A stretch of 64,000 nt of DNA from Campylobacteraceae bacterium (GCA_027014605.1 JALWDJ010000091.1:440-64439), one strand, 5' to 3'; counted from the stretch's first letter, positions 48,608 through 60,490 are shown. Made by a program: numbers and translations. The notes: generated by a model not told the origin, from the sequence alone.

Positions 48608-49286
48608 CGAAATCCTTAATAAGTTTATATGTAGCATGAAGAGTAGCTACTGTCATAGTAGAGCTTCCAAATCTACCCTCCATTAATATAGCAGGGATAT
48701 TATAATATTCACAAAATCTCTTTCCATAATCTTTGGACTCAACCACATTTACAAATCCAACAGGAAATAGGATAAAGGCTACATTTTTAAGATTAACTCG
48801 CTCATTTAGTAGAGTATTTACAGCAGAGTATATAAAAGTTGGTGCATTTCCACAAGCTAATACCATAGGTTCATCTCTATGTCTCTTAATCGCTTCGACA
48901 ACTGCTCCATAACTTCTAGTTGTTCTATTTTTTTTAGCATACTCATAGGTAAATGGCTCATTTATATAACATATAACCTCATTTCCATAAGTATCTAAAT
49001 AGAATTGGCTAAGTCCAACCTTTATCATATTTACATCTACTATAATCTTAGCTCTTCTCTTTAGAAGTTCTTGAATTTTAGGAATTGCATCTGGTGTAAA
49101 ATAGATATTTTCTAAAACCTCATTAAAGCATGTCGATGTGTGAATAAGTCTTGATATTACCTCTATCTCATTAGAGTCAAACTCTTCTATTTTAGGATAT
49201 TTTTTTAACTCATCTGCAATTATCTCAAAAGAGCGAACAGATATATCTGCCCCTATATTAATTGGTGGTTCTTCTTGTATAAACAT
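48579..49286 (-). CDS. cbiC: cobalt-precorrin-8 / precorrin-8X methylmutase
   Basis: 235 aa; SFEIIADEL; ISRLIHTSTCF; LACGNAPTFIY. Confidence 0.7.
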   Translation of the reverse strand: MFIQEEPPINIGADISVRSFEIIADELKKYPKIEEFDSNEIEVISRLIHTSTCFNEVLENIYFTPDAIPKIQELLKRRAKIIVDVNMIKVGLSQFYLDTYGNEVICYINEPFTYEYAKKNRTTRSYGAVVEAIKRHRDEPMVLACGNAPTFIYSAVNTLLNERVNLKNVAFILFPVGFVNVVESKDYGKRFCEYYNIPAILMEGRFGSSTMTVATLHATYKLIKDFDGDKKYNGK

Positions 49287-49362
49287 ATTTTCTCATTTTA
49301 TATAAAAATTTAAGAAAAAATTATAGCATATTTTATAATATTATTCTGCTATAATTTAATCC

Positions 49363-50778
49363 ATGAAAAATATATTAATCCTATCTAATGGTGATATGGC
49401 AAAACATTTTGTTCAATGGGTAGGGAAAAGTCGTATTGATACGAACCACTACTATATAACCTGCAATAGACATACAGCAGAATCAATGGAGCAGAAGAGT
49501 AGTAATCTATCTTTTATAGAAGCAGACCCAACTAGCTATCTGAAGCTAAAAAATATTATGGAAAAGATTGATTTTATTACTGTCTTTATAGTTATGAGTA
49601 GTAAAGATGAGGCACTCTATTCATATAAAAATATTAGGATTATTAAGCCTAAAATTCGTATTGTATTTGTGAGTAATTGGGACGAGCTTAAACTAAATGA
49701 TGATAATACTAAAATAGTTAATATAAATGAGTTGATAGCAAGTTCTTTATATGAAGAACTTCCAAATGTACCTAGAATAGCTAAAAATATTGGTTTTGCT
49801 AAGGGTGAAATTATGGAGATTTTAGTCTCATTTGGAAGCTCTTATGCCTATAGGCATGTAGGTTCAGTTTCTCATAAAAAGTGGAAGATTGTTGCTATCT
49901 ATAGAGATAATGAGCAGATATTTCCAAGAGATACAACAATGATAAAACCAAATGATAGACTCATTGTTATAGGTAATCCTCTTGTATTAGAGGAGGTGTA
50001 TAAAAGAATTACAAAAAGAAGAGGACTATTTCCAGAGCCTTTTGGTAAAAATCTATATCTTATATTAGATATGAGTTTAACTAAAGAGGATATTTTAGTT
50101 CAAGTAAATGAGGCAGTATATCTTAGTAATAAGTTTTCTAAAAGCAGATTATATATTAGAACTATTGGAAAAATAAAAGATGATATTTTAGATGAGTTAA
50201 AAAAATTTGAGACGGAGCATATTGAACTATTATTAAAATTATCGAAGAAGGATATTTTAAATACTGTAGTATATGAGATTAACTCTTATGATATAGGACT
50301 TTTTTTAATTGATATATCTCTATTTAGAAAAAATTTTAAAGAGATACTATATCCAGAGAAGAGACCGATATATCTATTTGGAGAGGAGTCAATATATAAT
50401 ATCTCTAGAGCTATGATACTTATGGGTAATGAGATGGATATGGAGTCTATCTCATCTTCTGTTTTTGATTTATCTGAAACATTAAACTTATCTATTGAGC
50501 TATCTAATTATGACCCTGAAGGGGATTTTACAGAGAAGAAAAATATTATAGAACACTATGAGTCACTATCTAAAATTTATAATCTTAAAATAGAGATTAT
50601 AGAGAAAAAGGCAAATCCAATTAGAGAATTAAAAGAGGATAGTGGTATTTTAAATATTGTACCTTTTAATAGAGAAATATTAAAAAAACCAATATTTAAT
50701 TTCTTCTCTAGGAACTTTTCAAGATATTTTTTAAATATTCAAAAGCACCCACAACTCTTAATACCTCTTGAAGATTAG
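49363..50778 (+). CDS. conserved hypothetical with a TrkA-C (RCK_C)-like segment
   Basis: 471 aa; KIVAIYRDNEQIFPRDTTMIKPNDRLIVIGNP; no glycine-rich NAD motif seen. Confidence 0.45.
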   Translation: MKNILILSNGDMAKHFVQWVGKSRIDTNHYYITCNRHTAESMEQKSSNLSFIEADPTSYLKLKNIMEKIDFITVFIVMSSKDEALYSYKNIRIIKPKIRIVFVSNWDELKLNDDNTKIVNINELIASSLYEELPNVPRIAKNIGFAKGEIMEILVSFGSSYAYRHVGSVSHKKWKIVAIYRDNEQIFPRDTTMIKPNDRLIVIGNPLVLEEVYKRITKRRGLFPEPFGKNLYLILDMSLTKEDILVQVNEAVYLSNKFSKSRLYIRTIGKIKDDILDELKKFETEHIELLLKLSKKDILNTVVYEINSYDIGLFLIDISLFRKNFKEILYPEKRPIYLFGEESIYNISRAMILMGNEMDMESISSSVFDLSETLNLSIELSNYDPEGDFTEKKNIIEHYESLSKIYNLKIEIIEKKANPIRELKEDSGILNIVPFNREILKKPIFNFFSRNFSRYFLNIQKHPQLLIPLED

Positions 50779-50851
50779 GTACTTTTACCTACTACTTAAG
50801 TAAAGTTAAGATAGAATAATTTAATTTTATTTAATAGGATATAAGAAAATT

Positions 50852-51904
50852 ATGATTATTCCAATTCGTTTAGAGAGTAGTACTGTTAGAGGATATAATG
50901 TTACTATAGATAGACTTCCTAAACTCTCTTTTGATAGAAAGGTAGTAGTAGTAACTAATCATACAGTTGCAGAATTTCATTTAGATACTCTACTTAGTAA
51001 GCTTAATGCTAAATCTTTAGATATTGTAACTGTTAAAGATGGAGAAGAGTATAAAAATCTTGATACTATGATTGAGATTTTAGATGAACTTTTTAGTAAG
51101 CAGTTAGATAGAAAATCTCTTCTAATAGCTTTTGGTGGTGGAGTTATTGGAGATATGACAGGATTTACTGCTAGTATATATCAAAGAGGTATAGATTTTA
51201 TTCAGATACCAACAACTCTTTTAGCACAAGTTGATGCTAGTGTTGGAGGTAAAACAGGTGTAAATAATAGATTTGGAAAAAATCTAATAGGTGCATTCTA
51301 TCAACCAAAAGCTGTATATATAGATATAGATTTTTTAGAGACTCTACCAAAAAGAGAGTTTAGTGCAGGTATGGCTGAACTTATTAAGATGAGTGTTATG
51401 TTTGACAGAGAGTTTTTTGAATTTTTAGAAGAAGATACTTTAAGTAGTAAAGAGAGTCTAAATAGAGCAATAGCTCGTTCAGTGGAGCTTAAAGCTTGGG
51501 TAGTAAATCAAGATGAGAAAGAGGCCGGGATTAGAGCAGTATTAAATTATGGACATACATTTGCACATGTGATAGAAAATGAGACTAACTATAAAAAGTA
51601 TCTTCATGGAGAGGCTGTAGCTATTGGTATGGTTATGGCAAATCTTCTCTCTTATGAGTTAGGGTTAATATCTTTAGATGAGGTAGATAGAGTAAAAAGA
51701 ATATTGATTAAACATAATTTACCAACTACTTATAAAATTAAAGATATAGAAGGATTTTATAATAAGTTTTTTTTAGATAAAAAGAGTTCAAATAGTAAAA
51801 TTAAGTTTATTTTAGCAAATGGTATTGGTAATTTTGAGATTAGAGACAATCTCCCAAAAGAGATTATATTAAAAGTTTTATCTAAATTTAAAGGGGTAAA
51901 ATGA
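50852..51904 (+). CDS. aroB: 3-dehydroquinate synthase
   Basis: 350 aa; [14 protein letters not shown]; [22 protein letters not shown]; [11 protein letters not shown]; HGEAVAIGM. Confidence 0.9.
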   Translation: MIIPIRLESSTVRGYNVTIDRLPKLSFDRKVVVVTNHTVAEFHLDTLLSKLNAKSLDIVTVKDGEEYKNLDTMIEILDELFSKQLDRKSLLIAFGGGVIGDMTGFTASIYQRGIDFIQIPTTLLAQVDASVGGKTGVNNRFGKNLIGAFYQPKAVYIDIDFLETLPKREFSAGMAELIKMSVMFDREFFEFLEEDTLSSKESLNRAIARSVELKAWVVNQDEKEAGIRAVLNYGHTFAHVIENETNYKKYLHGEAVAIGMVMANLLSYELGLISLDEVDRVKRILIKHNLPTTYKIKDIEGFYNKFFLDKKSSNSKIKFILANGIGNFEIRDNLPKEIILKVLSKFKGVK

Positions 51905-53661
51905 GAACCATTTTACTATTTTTAATACTTTTAAACTCATCTCTTTTTGCAGAGTTGAATATTACTAAAAGAGTCACTCATATTATATCAGAACTTAAAG
52001 AACCTTTAAAGGAAGATGATAAAAGTATAAAAAAAGATAGTAATATAACCAAGGAGAGTATTCTAAAATTAGATAGGTTAAAAAAAGCAGAGATAAGAGA
52101 GAAAAAAATTCTTAAAAAAAGAGAGAATTTTCTTAAGAGTTTACAGAGAATAGATAATGAGTTAAAAGATAATATATGGTTTAAGGTATATTCTAATTAT
52201 GAGACATATAAAAAGTTAGAATTTATGTCACAAGCTTTAAATGACAGAATTAAACTCTTAGAGAAGAAAGAGAAACGAAAGAGAAAATTAACTAAAAAAG
52301 AGAAAAGAGCTTTAAAAAAATATAGAGATGAATATAAAATTACAGAAGAGAAGTTAGAACAGTTAAAAGAGTATAAAGAGAGTCCATTTAAAAATCTTTT
52401 AACACCTGATGAGATTGGGAAAGTTCCTGTTGTATTGAGTCCTCTTGATATTGTTAATGCTCTTTCTTTTCAAAAACATATTAGTGCTGTAGAAGATGAT
52501 TATAATAGCAGATTTCAATCTCTTCAAGATACGGTATATAAATTAAATGAAAAGAGACAAATTCTGTCAGACTTTATAAAATTTAATAGAGAATTAAATA
52601 TAACAGATGATAGATATATTGATGAGAAGGAGGATGTATCTAAAAAAATTAAACTATTAAATAGTAAATTAGAGATTTTTAGAACAACTAAAAAGGCATT
52701 AGAGAGTAAAATATCAGAACTACATCTTAATATAAAAAATGATATATCTAAACAGATTAAAAAAGCTATTGTTATTGCTTCAACAATTGCATTTTTACTA
52801 TTTGGATTTTTAATTATTAAATATCTAGTAAAAAGATATATGTCTGAAAATGAGCTTTACTACTCTACAAATAAGGCATTAAATTTTATATTTATTACTA
52901 TAGTTGTAATAATTTTACTATTTTCATACCTGGAAAATGTAGGACATTTAGTAACTATTTTAAGTTTTGCATCAGCTGGTATTGCAATTGCTCTAAAAGA
53001 TTGGTTTATGAGTATTATGGGTTGGGTTGTTATAATATTCTCGGGTTCTATAAAAGTTGGAGATAGAGTTAAGTTTTTAAAAGATGGAAAACAGTATGTG
53101 GGTGATGTTGTAGATATATCTATACTTCGTATGACAATTCATGAAGATATAACTCTAACTACTTATAATATAAATAGGAGAGCAGGTAGGATTATATTTG
53201 TTCCAAATAACTATATATTTACAGAGATGATAGCTAACTATTCGCACTCTGGTATAAAGACAGTTTGGGATGGAATTGATTTTGTAATTACATTTGATTC
53301 AGATGTCTCAAAAGCTCAAAGTATTGCAAAAGAGATTAGTAGAAAATACTCTAAAGGTTATACGGATATGACAAGAAAACAGTTAAATAGGCTTAGAAGT
53401 AAATATAGTATGAAAAATACAGCAGTAGAGCCTAGAATATTTGCTTTTTTTGATGATTATGGTATTAAAATATCTGTATGGTATTTGACAAATGCCTATG
53501 CAACACTTACTTTAAGAAGTACTATATCTATGGAGATATTTAATAGAATAAGAGAAGAAGATAATATATCAATGGCATTCCCTACTCAATCTATATATAT
53601 GAATAGACCAGCACCTAAAAAATTAAAAAATAATAGTCCAAAAGATAAGGAAATAGATTAA
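51901..53661 (+). CDS. mechanosensitive channel (MscS family) with a long N-terminal coiled-coil region
   Basis: 586 aa; signal peptide; TM cluster at res ~290-380; IKVGDRVKF...[15 protein letters not shown] beta-domain. Confidence 0.7.
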   Translation: MRTILLFLILLNSSLFAELNITKRVTHIISELKEPLKEDDKSIKKDSNITKESILKLDRLKKAEIREKKILKKRENFLKSLQRIDNELKDNIWFKVYSNYETYKKLEFMSQALNDRIKLLEKKEKRKRKLTKKEKRALKKYRDEYKITEEKLEQLKEYKESPFKNLLTPDEIGKVPVVLSPLDIVNALSFQKHISAVEDDYNSRFQSLQDTVYKLNEKRQILSDFIKFNRELNITDDRYIDEKEDVSKKIKLLNSKLEIFRTTKKALESKISELHLNIKNDISKQIKKAIVIASTIAFLLFGFLIIKYLVKRYMSENELYYSTNKALNFIFITIVVIILLFSYLENVGHLVTILSFASAGIAIALKDWFMSIMGWVVIIFSGSIKVGDRVKFLKDGKQYVGDVVDISILRMTIHEDITLTTYNINRRAGRIIFVPNNYIFTEMIANYSHSGIKTVWDGIDFVITFDSDVSKAQSIAKEISRKYSKGYTDMTRKQLNRLRSKYSMKNTAVEPRIFAFFDDYGIKISVWYLTNAYATLTLRSTISMEIFNRIREEDNISMAFPTQSIYMNRPAPKKLKNNSPKDKEID

Positions 53662-53668
53662 TATAGAG

Positions 53669-54919
53669 ATGAAAAGAGTATATTTTAAGACTTTTGGTTG
53701 TAGAACTAACCAATTTGATACACAAATAATGATGTCAAAACTTAAAGATTTTAGATTAACAATGAGAGAGAGTGATGCTGATATAGTAGTAGTTAACTCA
53801 TGTACTGTAACTAATGGTGCAGACTCATCTGTAAGGGCATATATAAATGGAGTACATAGAAAATCACCAGATACAAAAGTTATATTAGCAGGTTGTGGTT
53901 CACACTCAAAAGGTGATGAACTGTTTCAATCCAATAGAGTATTTGGAGTAATTGGACACTCTGAAAAAGAGAGTATAAATAGTATTTTAAAGATAGATAA
54001 ACCATTCTATCAGATAGGTGATTTAGAGCATATAGACTCAACTATTGTTGAGAACTTTATAGGAAAGAGTAGAGCGTTTATTAAAATTCAAGAGGGGTGT
54101 GATTTTGACTGTTCATACTGTATTATCCCCTCCGTAAGAGGTGGAGCTAGAAGTCATAATGAGATTAATATTTTAACTCAAATAGAAAAACTTGCATCAA
54201 ATGGATTTGGAGAGTTTATATTAACAGGGACTAATGTTGGAAGTTATGGAAAAGATAAAAACTCATCTATGGCTAAACTACTTAAAAAAATCTCTAAAAT
54301 AAGAGGAGTTAGAAGAGTTCGCATAGGAAGTATTGAGCCAATTCAGATTGATAGTGAATTTAAAGAGCTTTTAGGTGAACCGTGGATAGCAAAACATCTA
54401 CATATTGCACTTCAACATACAAGTGATAAGATGTTAAAGATTATGAAGAGAAGAAATAGATTCAGAGATGATATAAAATTATTAAATGAGATATCCTCTT
54501 TTGGATATGCAATAGGTACTGATTATATTGTCGGACATCCAATGGAAGATGAGGTCTGTTGGAAAGAAGCAATTAATAGAGTAAAAGAGCTACCGTTAAC
54601 TCACATTCATGCTTTTACCTACTCAAAAAGAGATGGAACAGCATCTGCTTCTATGAAAAATATAGTAAGAGGTGATATAGCAAAGACTAGACATAGAGAG
54701 TTAACCTCTATTATAAAGGAGAAAAATTTAGAGTTTAGAAAAAAGTATAACTCCAATTTGGAGGTATTAATAGAGAGTAAAAGAGAGAGTCTATATTATG
54801 GATATGATCAATATTTTAATCGAGTAGAGGTTAAAAGTAATATTGATATATCTGGAAATTGGATATTTTTAGATAGAGTAACTGTTGGAGATATTAAAAA
54901 TGTGGCACTCTTTAAATAA
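53669..54919 (+). CDS. mtaB: MiaB-like radical-SAM methylthiotransferase (MtaB type)
   Basis: 416 aa; FGCRTNQFDT UPF0004 Cys; radical-SAM CDFDCSYC; TRAM-like C-terminus. Confidence 0.75.
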   Translation: MKRVYFKTFGCRTNQFDTQIMMSKLKDFRLTMRESDADIVVVNSCTVTNGADSSVRAYINGVHRKSPDTKVILAGCGSHSKGDELFQSNRVFGVIGHSEKESINSILKIDKPFYQIGDLEHIDSTIVENFIGKSRAFIKIQEGCDFDCSYCIIPSVRGGARSHNEINILTQIEKLASNGFGEFILTGTNVGSYGKDKNSSMAKLLKKISKIRGVRRVRIGSIEPIQIDSEFKELLGEPWIAKHLHIALQHTSDKMLKIMKRRNRFRDDIKLLNEISSFGYAIGTDYIVGHPMEDEVCWKEAINRVKELPLTHIHAFTYSKRDGTASASMKNIVRGDIAKTRHRELTSIIKEKNLEFRKKYNSNLEVLIESKRESLYYGYDQYFNRVEVKSNIDISGNWIFLDRVTVGDIKNVALFK

Positions 54920-56558
54920 AAATGGAAAGATTATTGTATTAACTATTTTAGCAATTGTATCTATAATTCTATTTTCTCTATTTAGAGATACTTCCGAAAT
55001 TATTAGTAAAAAAGAGGCAGTAGAGCTTATAGAGAAAACTCCAATCGAAAAAGTATTTGTAGATGAGCCTTATCTCTATATTTATACAAAGGATAAAATA
55101 TATAAGGTAGCAAAAGAGGCTATTAATATGGATACTCTTTTTAATAAAACAGTAGTCTATTATAAAGAGAACTCATCTGAAGAGACTATGAATATAATAC
55201 TATTTTTATTTATAATCATTTTCACTCTCTATATTTTAAAGCTTATTAATAAAAGTCAAGCAAGACAAGAGAGTATAATAGATGAACAGAAGGAGTTAAA
55301 TAGTACAGCTATAATAGAGCAGACTATAACTCCTCAAATATCTAAAATTGATTTTTCCAATGTAGCAGGTATTGAGGAGGTAAAAGAGGAGTTAAGGGAG
55401 ATTATTGATTTTTTAAAAAATCCTCAGAAATATAGGAATTTTGATATTCGTCTTCCAAAAGGTGTACTTTTAGTAGGACCTCCAGGGGTAGGTAAGACTT
55501 TAGTTGCAAAGGCAGTAGCAGGAGAGGCTGATGTTCCATTTTTTTATCAGAGTGCTGCATCATTTGTTCAAATATATGTTGGAATGGGTGCTAAGAGAGT
55601 GAGTGAGCTATTTAATAGAGCAAAACAGATGGCACCTAGTATTATATTTATTGATGAGATAGATGCTGTTGGAAAGAGTAGGGGAGGTGGATTTAGTAAT
55701 GATGAGAGAGAGGGGACTCTAAATCAACTATTAACAGAGATGGATGGTTTTGAAGAGAGTTCTGGGGTTATGGTACTTGCTGCTACAAATAAGATAGAGG
55801 TTCTTGATGATGCTTTGCTTAGAGCTGGTAGATTTGATAGAAGAGTACATATCCCACTGCCTGACTTTAAAGAGAGAGTTAGTACATTAAAACTATATTT
55901 AAAAGATAAAAATCACAATATAGATATTAATAGAGTTGCAAGGGTTACTATTGGGTTTAATACAGCAGCATTGGAAACACTAGTTAATGAAGCTGCACTA
56001 TATGCACTTAGATTAAATAAAACTATAATTGAAGATAGTGATATAGATTCTGTAAAAGACAAAGTTCTTTTAGGAAAACATAAAATACTCTCATTTTCAC
56101 AAGAGGAGCAGAAAATCCAAGCTCTATATCAGAGTGCTAAAGTAGTTACTGCTTTATGGTTAGAGGTTGAATTTGATAAAATAGGTTTAATATCGTCTAG
56201 TTTTATACCTCATCATAATGAAATTCTCTCAAAGACTATTTTAAAAAATGAGTTAAAGGTACTTTTAGCAGGTAGGGTAGCCACACAAGAGAAGTATAAT
56301 GAGCTTTTTACAAATGCAAAAGAGGATATTGCTAAGGCAAAATTATTAAGTCAAAGAATTATAGAAGAGTTTGCAATGGCAGATAAATATTTTTCATCTC
56401 ATATACATGTTGAGACTCTTTTACATGATGCTACTTTAGAGGTAAAATCTCTATTATCTAAGTTAGATAGAGTAGTAATTGAGGTTCAAAAATATCTTTT
56501 AGAGAATGAGGCAATAACCTTTAAAGAGGCAAAAAGGATATTAGATGAGATATTTTAA
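54900..56558 (+). CDS. membrane-anchored FtsH-like AAA+ ATPase lacking the HEXXH protease site
   Basis: ATG 54900; two TM segments; GPPGVGKT; IIFIDEIDAV; SRH LLRAGRFDRR; the position of HEAGH reads YQSAK. Confidence 0.8.
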   Translation: MWHSLNKNGKIIVLTILAIVSIILFSLFRDTSEIISKKEAVELIEKTPIEKVFVDEPYLYIYTKDKIYKVAKEAINMDTLFNKTVVYYKENSSEETMNIILFLFIIIFTLYILKLINKSQARQESIIDEQKELNSTAIIEQTITPQISKIDFSNVAGIEEVKEELREIIDFLKNPQKYRNFDIRLPKGVLLVGPPGVGKTLVAKAVAGEADVPFFYQSAASFVQIYVGMGAKRVSELFNRAKQMAPSIIFIDEIDAVGKSRGGGFSNDEREGTLNQLLTEMDGFEESSGVMVLAATNKIEVLDDALLRAGRFDRRVHIPLPDFKERVSTLKLYLKDKNHNIDINRVARVTIGFNTAALETLVNEAALYALRLNKTIIEDSDIDSVKDKVLLGKHKILSFSQEEQKIQALYQSAKVVTALWLEVEFDKIGLISSSFIPHHNEILSKTILKNELKVLLAGRVATQEKYNELFTNAKEDIAKAKLLSQRIIEEFAMADKYFSSHIHVETLLHDATLEVKSLLSKLDRVVIEVQKYLLENEAITFKEAKRILDEIF

Positions 56559-57054
56559 TGGATTTTCCCTAAAAGGAGAAGAGAGTTTATTTAAAGATTA
56601 CCTAATAGATAGTGATTTCACTGTTGCAGGGTTTAGTTATGGAGCTATTAGGGCATTTGAAGAGGTATATAACTCTAAGATAAGAGTAGATAGATTAATT
56701 TTACTATCACCTGCTTTTTTTCAAAATCATAAAAAGAGTTTTATTAGAACTCAACTAAGATATTTTAAATTAGATAGAGGTAGTTATATTAAAGAGTTTT
56801 TAAAAAATATAGCCTATCCATCAGATATAAAACTATCTTCATATCTCTCTAATGGAACTCTTGATGAGCTTGAATATCTACTCTTATATAAATGGAAAGA
56901 GGATAGAATATTGGAGGTAATTAAAAGAGGTGTTACTATAGAGGTATTTATTGGTGGTAAGGATAAGATTATAGATAGTAAAATAGCCTTTAATTTCTTC
57001 TCAAAAATTACAACAACCTATCTTTTAAAAGATAAAGGACATATATTAATATAA
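56545..57054 (+). CDS. minimal alpha/beta hydrolase, BioV-like candidate pimeloyl-ACP methyl ester esterase
   Basis: 169 aa; GFSYG nucleophile elbow; GGKDKIID (Asp); KGHIL (His); follows the FtsH paralogue as I recall for H. pylori bioV. Confidence 0.4.
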   Translation: MRYFNGFSLKGEESLFKDYLIDSDFTVAGFSYGAIRAFEEVYNSKIRVDRLILLSPAFFQNHKKSFIRTQLRYFKLDRGSYIKEFLKNIAYPSDIKLSSYLSNGTLDELEYLLLYKWKEDRILEVIKRGVTIEVFIGGKDKIIDSKIAFNFFSKITTTYLLKDKGHILI

Positions 57055-57157
57055 ATTTTTTATATATGCTTACTTAGTTTAATTCAGGAAACTTTAAGTA
57101 TAATCTACTGTTATCTTTGGTATAATTTCCATCAAAATAAAAAATTAGGATTTTAAA

Positions 57158-57742
57158 ATGTCAAAAAAATTAATACTTCTTATCGGAGCTCCAGGTTCAG
57201 GAAAAACAACAGATGCAAAAGTAGTTGCTAATGAGTGTTTAGCTCATATTACGAGTTACTCTTTAGGCGAGATTTTAAAGAGTGAGATAGATAAAGGTGG
57301 AAAGATTGGTAAAATTATTAATGATTATGTATCTAAGGGAGAGTTAATTCCTACATCTTTAACAATAGATGAGTTGTGTAAAACTATATTAAATGCACCT
57401 ACTGATATTGTATTAATTGATGGTTTTCCAAGAGAGATAGAGCATGTAAAGATATTTGGAGATGTAATTAATAATCTAAAGAGAGTTGAACTTATATCTG
57501 TAATTGAAGTTAGAGTAAGTGAAGCTACTGCAAGAGAGAGATATTTTAAAAATCATAATGAGAGTGAAGAGGTTTTTGCTCATGCCATGAAGATATATCA
57601 AGATACTATTAAAGAGATTGAGGATTATTATGATAAACAGAATATCTTAAAAGTTATTGATGGAGAAAGAGATTTAGATGTTGTAGTTGAGGATATTAAA
57701 ACATATCTTAAAAGTTTAATTCCTTCCTCTGTAGAAGTATAA
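57158..57742 (+). CDS. adk: adenylate kinase (short-lid type)
   Basis: 194 aa; LIGAPGSGKTT; IDGFPRE. Confidence 0.85.
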   Translation: MSKKLILLIGAPGSGKTTDAKVVANECLAHITSYSLGEILKSEIDKGGKIGKIINDYVSKGELIPTSLTIDELCKTILNAPTDIVLIDGFPREIEHVKIFGDVINNLKRVELISVIEVRVSEATARERYFKNHNESEEVFAHAMKIYQDTIKEIEDYYDKQNILKVIDGERDLDVVVEDIKTYLKSLIPSSVEV

Positions 57743-57759
57743 TAGTTATAGATTTTCTA

Positions 57760-58521
57760 ATGTTACAAGATAATATAGTAGAAAGCATTTTAGGCAAAAC
57801 TACTCAAAAAAGAAAAAGTAAAATTCCAGCTAAGCTGGATTTTTTACAAAGTGCTACAGGATTAATTTTAGCTATATTTATAATTTTTCATCTACTCTTT
57901 GAAGCATCTATTCTTTTTGGAAAAGATAGTATGTATGCTATTACAAAAATGTTTGAGTTAGATTTTTTTATTAAGGGTGGCTCACCTATTTTTATATCAA
58001 TTTTGGCTTTTATTATATTTGCTATTTTTATCTTTCATGCTTTTTTAGCTATGAGAAAATTTCCAAACTCATATAGAGAGTATCTAAGATTAAAAACTCA
58101 TGCAAAATTAATGAAACATAGCGATACAAACTTATGGATTATTCAGATAACAACAGGATTTATGCTCTTTTTTTTAGGTTCAATTCATCTATATACAATG
58201 TTAACTCAACCAGCAAATATAGGTCCATTTGCCTCTAGTGATAGAGTATATAGTGATATGTTTTGGCCAATGTATCTTATGCTTTTAATATCTGTTGTAC
58301 TGCATGCAGGAGTAGGAATTTATAGATTGATTATGAAATGGGGTTGGTTTGATGGTAAAAATCCTAAAGAGAATAGATTAAGAACTAGAAAAATTATTAA
58401 AATAATTACTATTATCTATCTAATTATTGGACTATTTTCACTTATAACATATATAAAGATAGGATATGAACATCGAGATAGTTATGGAGAGAGATATAAG
58501 GTTATAACTAATGAAAATTAA
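57760..58521 (+). CDS. frdC: quinol:fumarate reductase dihaem cytochrome b subunit
   Basis: 253 aa with five TM segments and conserved His residues; directly precedes frdA/frdB. Confidence 0.8.
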   Translation: MLQDNIVESILGKTTQKRKSKIPAKLDFLQSATGLILAIFIIFHLLFEASILFGKDSMYAITKMFELDFFIKGGSPIFISILAFIIFAIFIFHAFLAMRKFPNSYREYLRLKTHAKLMKHSDTNLWIIQITTGFMLFFLGSIHLYTMLTQPANIGPFASSDRVYSDMFWPMYLMLLISVVLHAGVGIYRLIMKWGWFDGKNPKENRLRTRKIIKIITIIYLIIGLFSLITYIKIGYEHRDSYGERYKVITNEN

Positions 58522-60490
58522 ATATACAGAGGCATTAATTATTGGTGGAGGATTAGCAGGACTCCGTTCTGCTATTGCTACAACTAAAAAAGGGTTAGAT
58601 ACAATAGTATTAAGTCTTGTTCCTGTTAAACGCTCACACTCAGCAGCAGCTCAAGGTGGAATGCAGGCAAGTTTAGCCAATAGTGTTATGGGAGAGGGTG
58701 ATAATGAAGATGTCCATTTTGCAGATACTGTAAAAGGTAGTGATTGGGGTTGTGACCAAGAGGTTGCTAGAATGTTTGTTCAGACTGCACCAAAAGCTAT
58801 TAGAGAGCTTGCATCATGGGGAGTTCCATGGACAAGAATTAAGGGTGGTAATCGAGAGGTTGTTATAAATACAAAGAGAACCACTATTAAAGAGAGAGAT
58901 GAAGCTCATGGCTTAATTAATGCTAGAGATTTTGGTGGAACTAAAAAGTGGAGAACATGTTATACCTCTGATGCAACCGGACATACTATGCTATATGCTG
59001 TTACAAATGAGGCCATGAGATTAGGAGTTGTTATTGAAGATAAAAAAGAAGCAATCTCTTTAATTACAGAAAACAATCAATGTTATGGTGCAATAGTTAG
59101 AGACCTTAAAGATGGAACACTTACAGCATATGTAGCAAAAGGGACACTTATAGCTACAGGTGGATATGGAAGAATATATAAACAGTCAACCAATGCTACT
59201 ATCTGTAAGGGTACAGGACACGCAATAGCACTTGAGGCTGGTGCATATCTTGCAAATATGGAGGCAGTTCAATTTCACCCAACTCCAATAGTTCCATCTG
59301 GAATTTTACTTACAGAGGGGTGTAGAGGAGATGGAGGAGTCTTAAGAGATAAAGATGGATATAGATTTATGCCAGATTATGAACCTGAAAAGAAAGATTT
59401 AGCAAGTAGAGATGTTGTTAGTAGAAGAATGTTAGAGCATATTAAAAAGGGGAAAGGTGTAAAATCTCCATATGGTGAACATCTATGGTTAGATATATCT
59501 ATTTTAGGTAGAGAACATATAGAGAAAAATTTAAGAGATGTTCAAGATATAAGTAAAACCTTTAATGGAATAGACCCTGCGGATGAGGGGGAGAAGGGGT
59601 GGATGCCTGTTCTTCCTATGCAACACTACTCAATGGGTGGAATTAGAGTTACTCCAAAGGGTGAAAGTGTTAATATAAAAGGTCTATTTGCATGTGGAGA
59701 GGCTGCTTGTTGGGATTTACATGGATTTAATAGATTAGGTGGAAACTCTGTAAGTGAGACAGTAGTGGCTGGAATGATTATTGGAGACTATTTTGCAGAT
59801 TTCTGCTCAAGAAATGATATTATTATTGGTACAACTGTCGTCGAAGATGAGTTAAAAAGACAAGATGATTATATTAACTATCTTTTAAATTTAGATGGAG
59901 ATGAGAAAATTTATGACATAAAAGATAGAATGAGAGTTATTATGCAAGAGAAGGTTGGGATATTTAGAAATGGTAAAGATTTAGATGATGCTGTAAAAGA
60001 GCTTAGTGAACTATTAGAAAAAACTAAACATATTACAGTAGCAAATAAGTGCCGACTTTTAAACCCTGAATTGGAAGAGGCGTATAAAGTCCCTATGATG
60101 TTAAAGGTAGCTCTATGTGTAGCAAAAGGTGCAAGAGATAGGACAGAGAGTAGAGGAGCTCACTATAGAGAAGATTATCTAAAGAGAGATGATAAAAATT
60201 GGCTAAATAAAACAATTACATATTGGGAAAATCCAGACGATTTAGAACCATCTATTAAATATGAACCCTTAGATATTATGAAGATGGAGATGCCACCTGC
60301 TTTTAGAGGATATGGACGAAAAGGGCAAATTATAGAAAATCCATTAAGTCAAAAGAGACAAGATGAGGTAGATAAGATAAAAGCAGAACATAAGGGAGAT
60401 AGATTTGAACTTCAGGAAAAACTTATGCCTTATGATTTACCAAATGGATATAAAGCTAGAAATGAGAGATTAGGAGTTAGTTATGAGTAG
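58511..60490 (+). CDS. frdA: fumarate reductase flavoprotein subunit
   Basis: 659 aa; [13 protein letters not shown]; [10 protein letters not shown] covalent-FAD His; HPT; RGAHYRED. Confidence 0.9.
   Translation: MKIKYTEALIIGGGLAGLRSAIATTKKGLDTIVLSLVPVKRSHSAAAQGGMQASLANSVMGEGDNEDVHFADTVKGSDWGCDQEVARMFVQTAPKAIRELASWGVPWTRIKGGNREVVINTKRTTIKERDEAHGLINARDFGGTKKWRTCYTSDATGHTMLYAVTNEAMRLGVVIEDKKEAISLITENNQCYGAIVRDLKDGTLTAYVAKGTLIATGGYGRIYKQSTNATICKGTGHAIALEAGAYLANMEAVQFHPTPIVPSGILLTEGCRGDGGVLRDKDGYRFMPDYEPEKKDLASRDVVSRRMLEHIKKGKGVKSPYGEHLWLDISILGREHIEKNLRDVQDISKTFNGIDPADEGEKGWMPVLPMQHYSMGGIRVTPKGESVNIKGLFACGEAACWDLHGFNRLGGNSVSETVVAGMIIGDYFADFCSRNDIIIGTTVVEDELKRQDDYINYLLNLDGDEKIYDIKDRMRVIMQEKVGIFRNGKDLDDAVKELSELLEKTKHITVANKCRLLNPELEEAYKVPMMLKVALCVAKGARDRTESRGAHYREDYLKRDDKNWLNKTITYWENPDDLEPSIKYEPLDIMKMEMPPAFRGYGRKGQIIENPLSQKRQDEVDKIKAEHKGDRFELQEKLMPYDLPNGYKARNERLGVSYE

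Noticed and set aside
45901-49362. FMN riboswitch upstream of ribD and cobalamin riboswitch upstream of cbiC.
   Set aside because: The upstream gaps (49 bp and 76 bp) are too short for either aptamer, and no conserved core sequences were seen.
54885-54899. TTG start at 54885 for the FtsH paralogue, and the 48637 start for the ferredoxin-like ORF.
   Set aside because: In-frame ATGs at 54900 and 48607 (the latter with an AAGGA RBS 5 nt upstream) give shorter overlaps with the upstream genes. The true starts remain unverified.
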